Below, piece after piece: positions 27,696 through 28,395 of a stretch of 28,395 nucleotides of DNA (positions are counted from its first letter, which is position 1; every line of letters starts with the position of its first letter). A model generated the notes under the pieces. The model was not told the origin of the DNA, did no database searches, and saw nothing but the letters and a program-made list of their open reading frames with translations. Source of the DNA: Candidatus Helarchaeota ASGARD archaeon Hel_GB_B (GTDB lineage: Archaea; Asgardarchaeota; Lokiarchaeia; Helarchaeales; HEL-GB-B); the NCBI GenBank assembly GCA_005191425.1, contig SUPR01000041.1, positions 1-28,395 of the forward strand, written 5' to 3'. The translations under genes were made by a program, and so were the position numbers.

Positions 27696-28395
27696 ATGGA
27701 ATATATTAGAGAAAGCGGTAAGATAGACGATGAATCTTATATAATAGACGCTAAAAGTTGGGGAATCGAGAAACAAAACGCTGTCTATTTAATTAAAGGT
27801 AGTAAAGTAGTATTAATCGATTGTGGAACTAGGGGTGACGCCCGAAAAATTAACAAATACATTACCAAGGAATTAGGGTGTGAAAAAATAGACTATATAA
27901 TAATCACACATGGCCATATAGATCATTACGGAGGGATTTCATATTTCTTGAAAAAATATGACCAAATTAAAATTGTTGTATCTGAAAAATCGAAGAAGAT
28001 GTTAAAAGAAATCAGCAGTATAATTAATAATAACAATTTAAATTCAAAAATTTTGACAGTAAAAGAAGGTACTAAGTTAAATATAGGTAATTTACATGAT
28101 TTACAATTCTTAGAAACACCCGGACATTCTTCCGATCATATTTCTGTCTTTGACCTGAAAACTAAATTTTTGTTTGTTGGCGATTCCGCAGGTGCATTTC
28201 ATATTGGAGAAAATTTTTGCCGTCCAACTGCATATTACCCTGATTTTGAATTTACAAAATATATGAAAACTTTAAAACGATTTTTATCGATGGAAATTAA
28301 TGGGATAGGCATTGCGAGTTATGGGTTTGTCATTGGCCCAAAAAGCAAGAAAGTACTTAAATTTGGATTGAAAACATTTATCGATTGGTATAATG
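27696..28395 (+). CDS. Metallo-beta-lactamase-fold hydrolase (partial, runs off the right edge; absent from the ORF track)
   Basis: ATG 27696 opens MEYIRESGKID...VLIDCG...ITHGHIDHYGG...ETPGHSSDH...LFVGDSAG, with no stop before the window end. Confidence 0.92.
   Translation, partial: MEYIRESGKIDDESYIIDAKSWGIEKQNAVYLIKGSKVVLIDCGTRGDARKINKYITKELGCEKIDYIIITHGHIDHYGGISYFLKKYDQIKIVVSEKSKKMLKEISSIINNNNLNSKILTVKEGTKLNIGNLHDLQFLETPGHSSDHISVFDLKTKFLFVGDSAGAFHIGENFCRPTAYYPDFEFTKYMKTLKRFLSMEINGIGIASYGFVIGPKSKKVLKFGLKTFIDWYN

Overview
An AT-rich (about 25-30% GC by eye, not counted) archaeal window, most consistent with an Asgard archaeon (Loki-/Helarchaeia-like). That assignment is an inference from the mix of archaeal housekeeping genes (ABCE1/Rli, formylmethanofuran dehydrogenase subunits, HypF, TrmB-like protein) with eukaryotic-signature proteins (Rag-like GTPase, longin domain, gelsolin domain). 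The window holds uvrB-uvrA; fwd-type genes D, B, A, F and two G-like ferredoxins, all on the minus strand in four separate blocks; hypF; a non-canonical ilvC-like gene; an ABCE1 operon; and an MBL-fold hydrolase running off the right edge. The main points of interest are: (1) a stand-alone Csx1/TM1812-type CARF-HEPN nuclease split by a -1 frameshift exactly at an A9 run, with no cas genes or CRISPR array seen; (2) a Zn-ribbon/gelsolin/charged-helix protein ending in an acidic Trp tail that resembles Arp2/3-binding acidic motifs; (3) a TrmB-like regulator with about 600 aa of 35- and 37-residue helical repeats inserted, directly downstream of the Rag-like GTPase; (4) two decayed members of one DDE transposase family near the two ends of the window, one still bounded by 22-bp inverted repeats. 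No rRNA, tRNA or CRISPR array was recognised. All family assignments come from motif recognition, not database searches.
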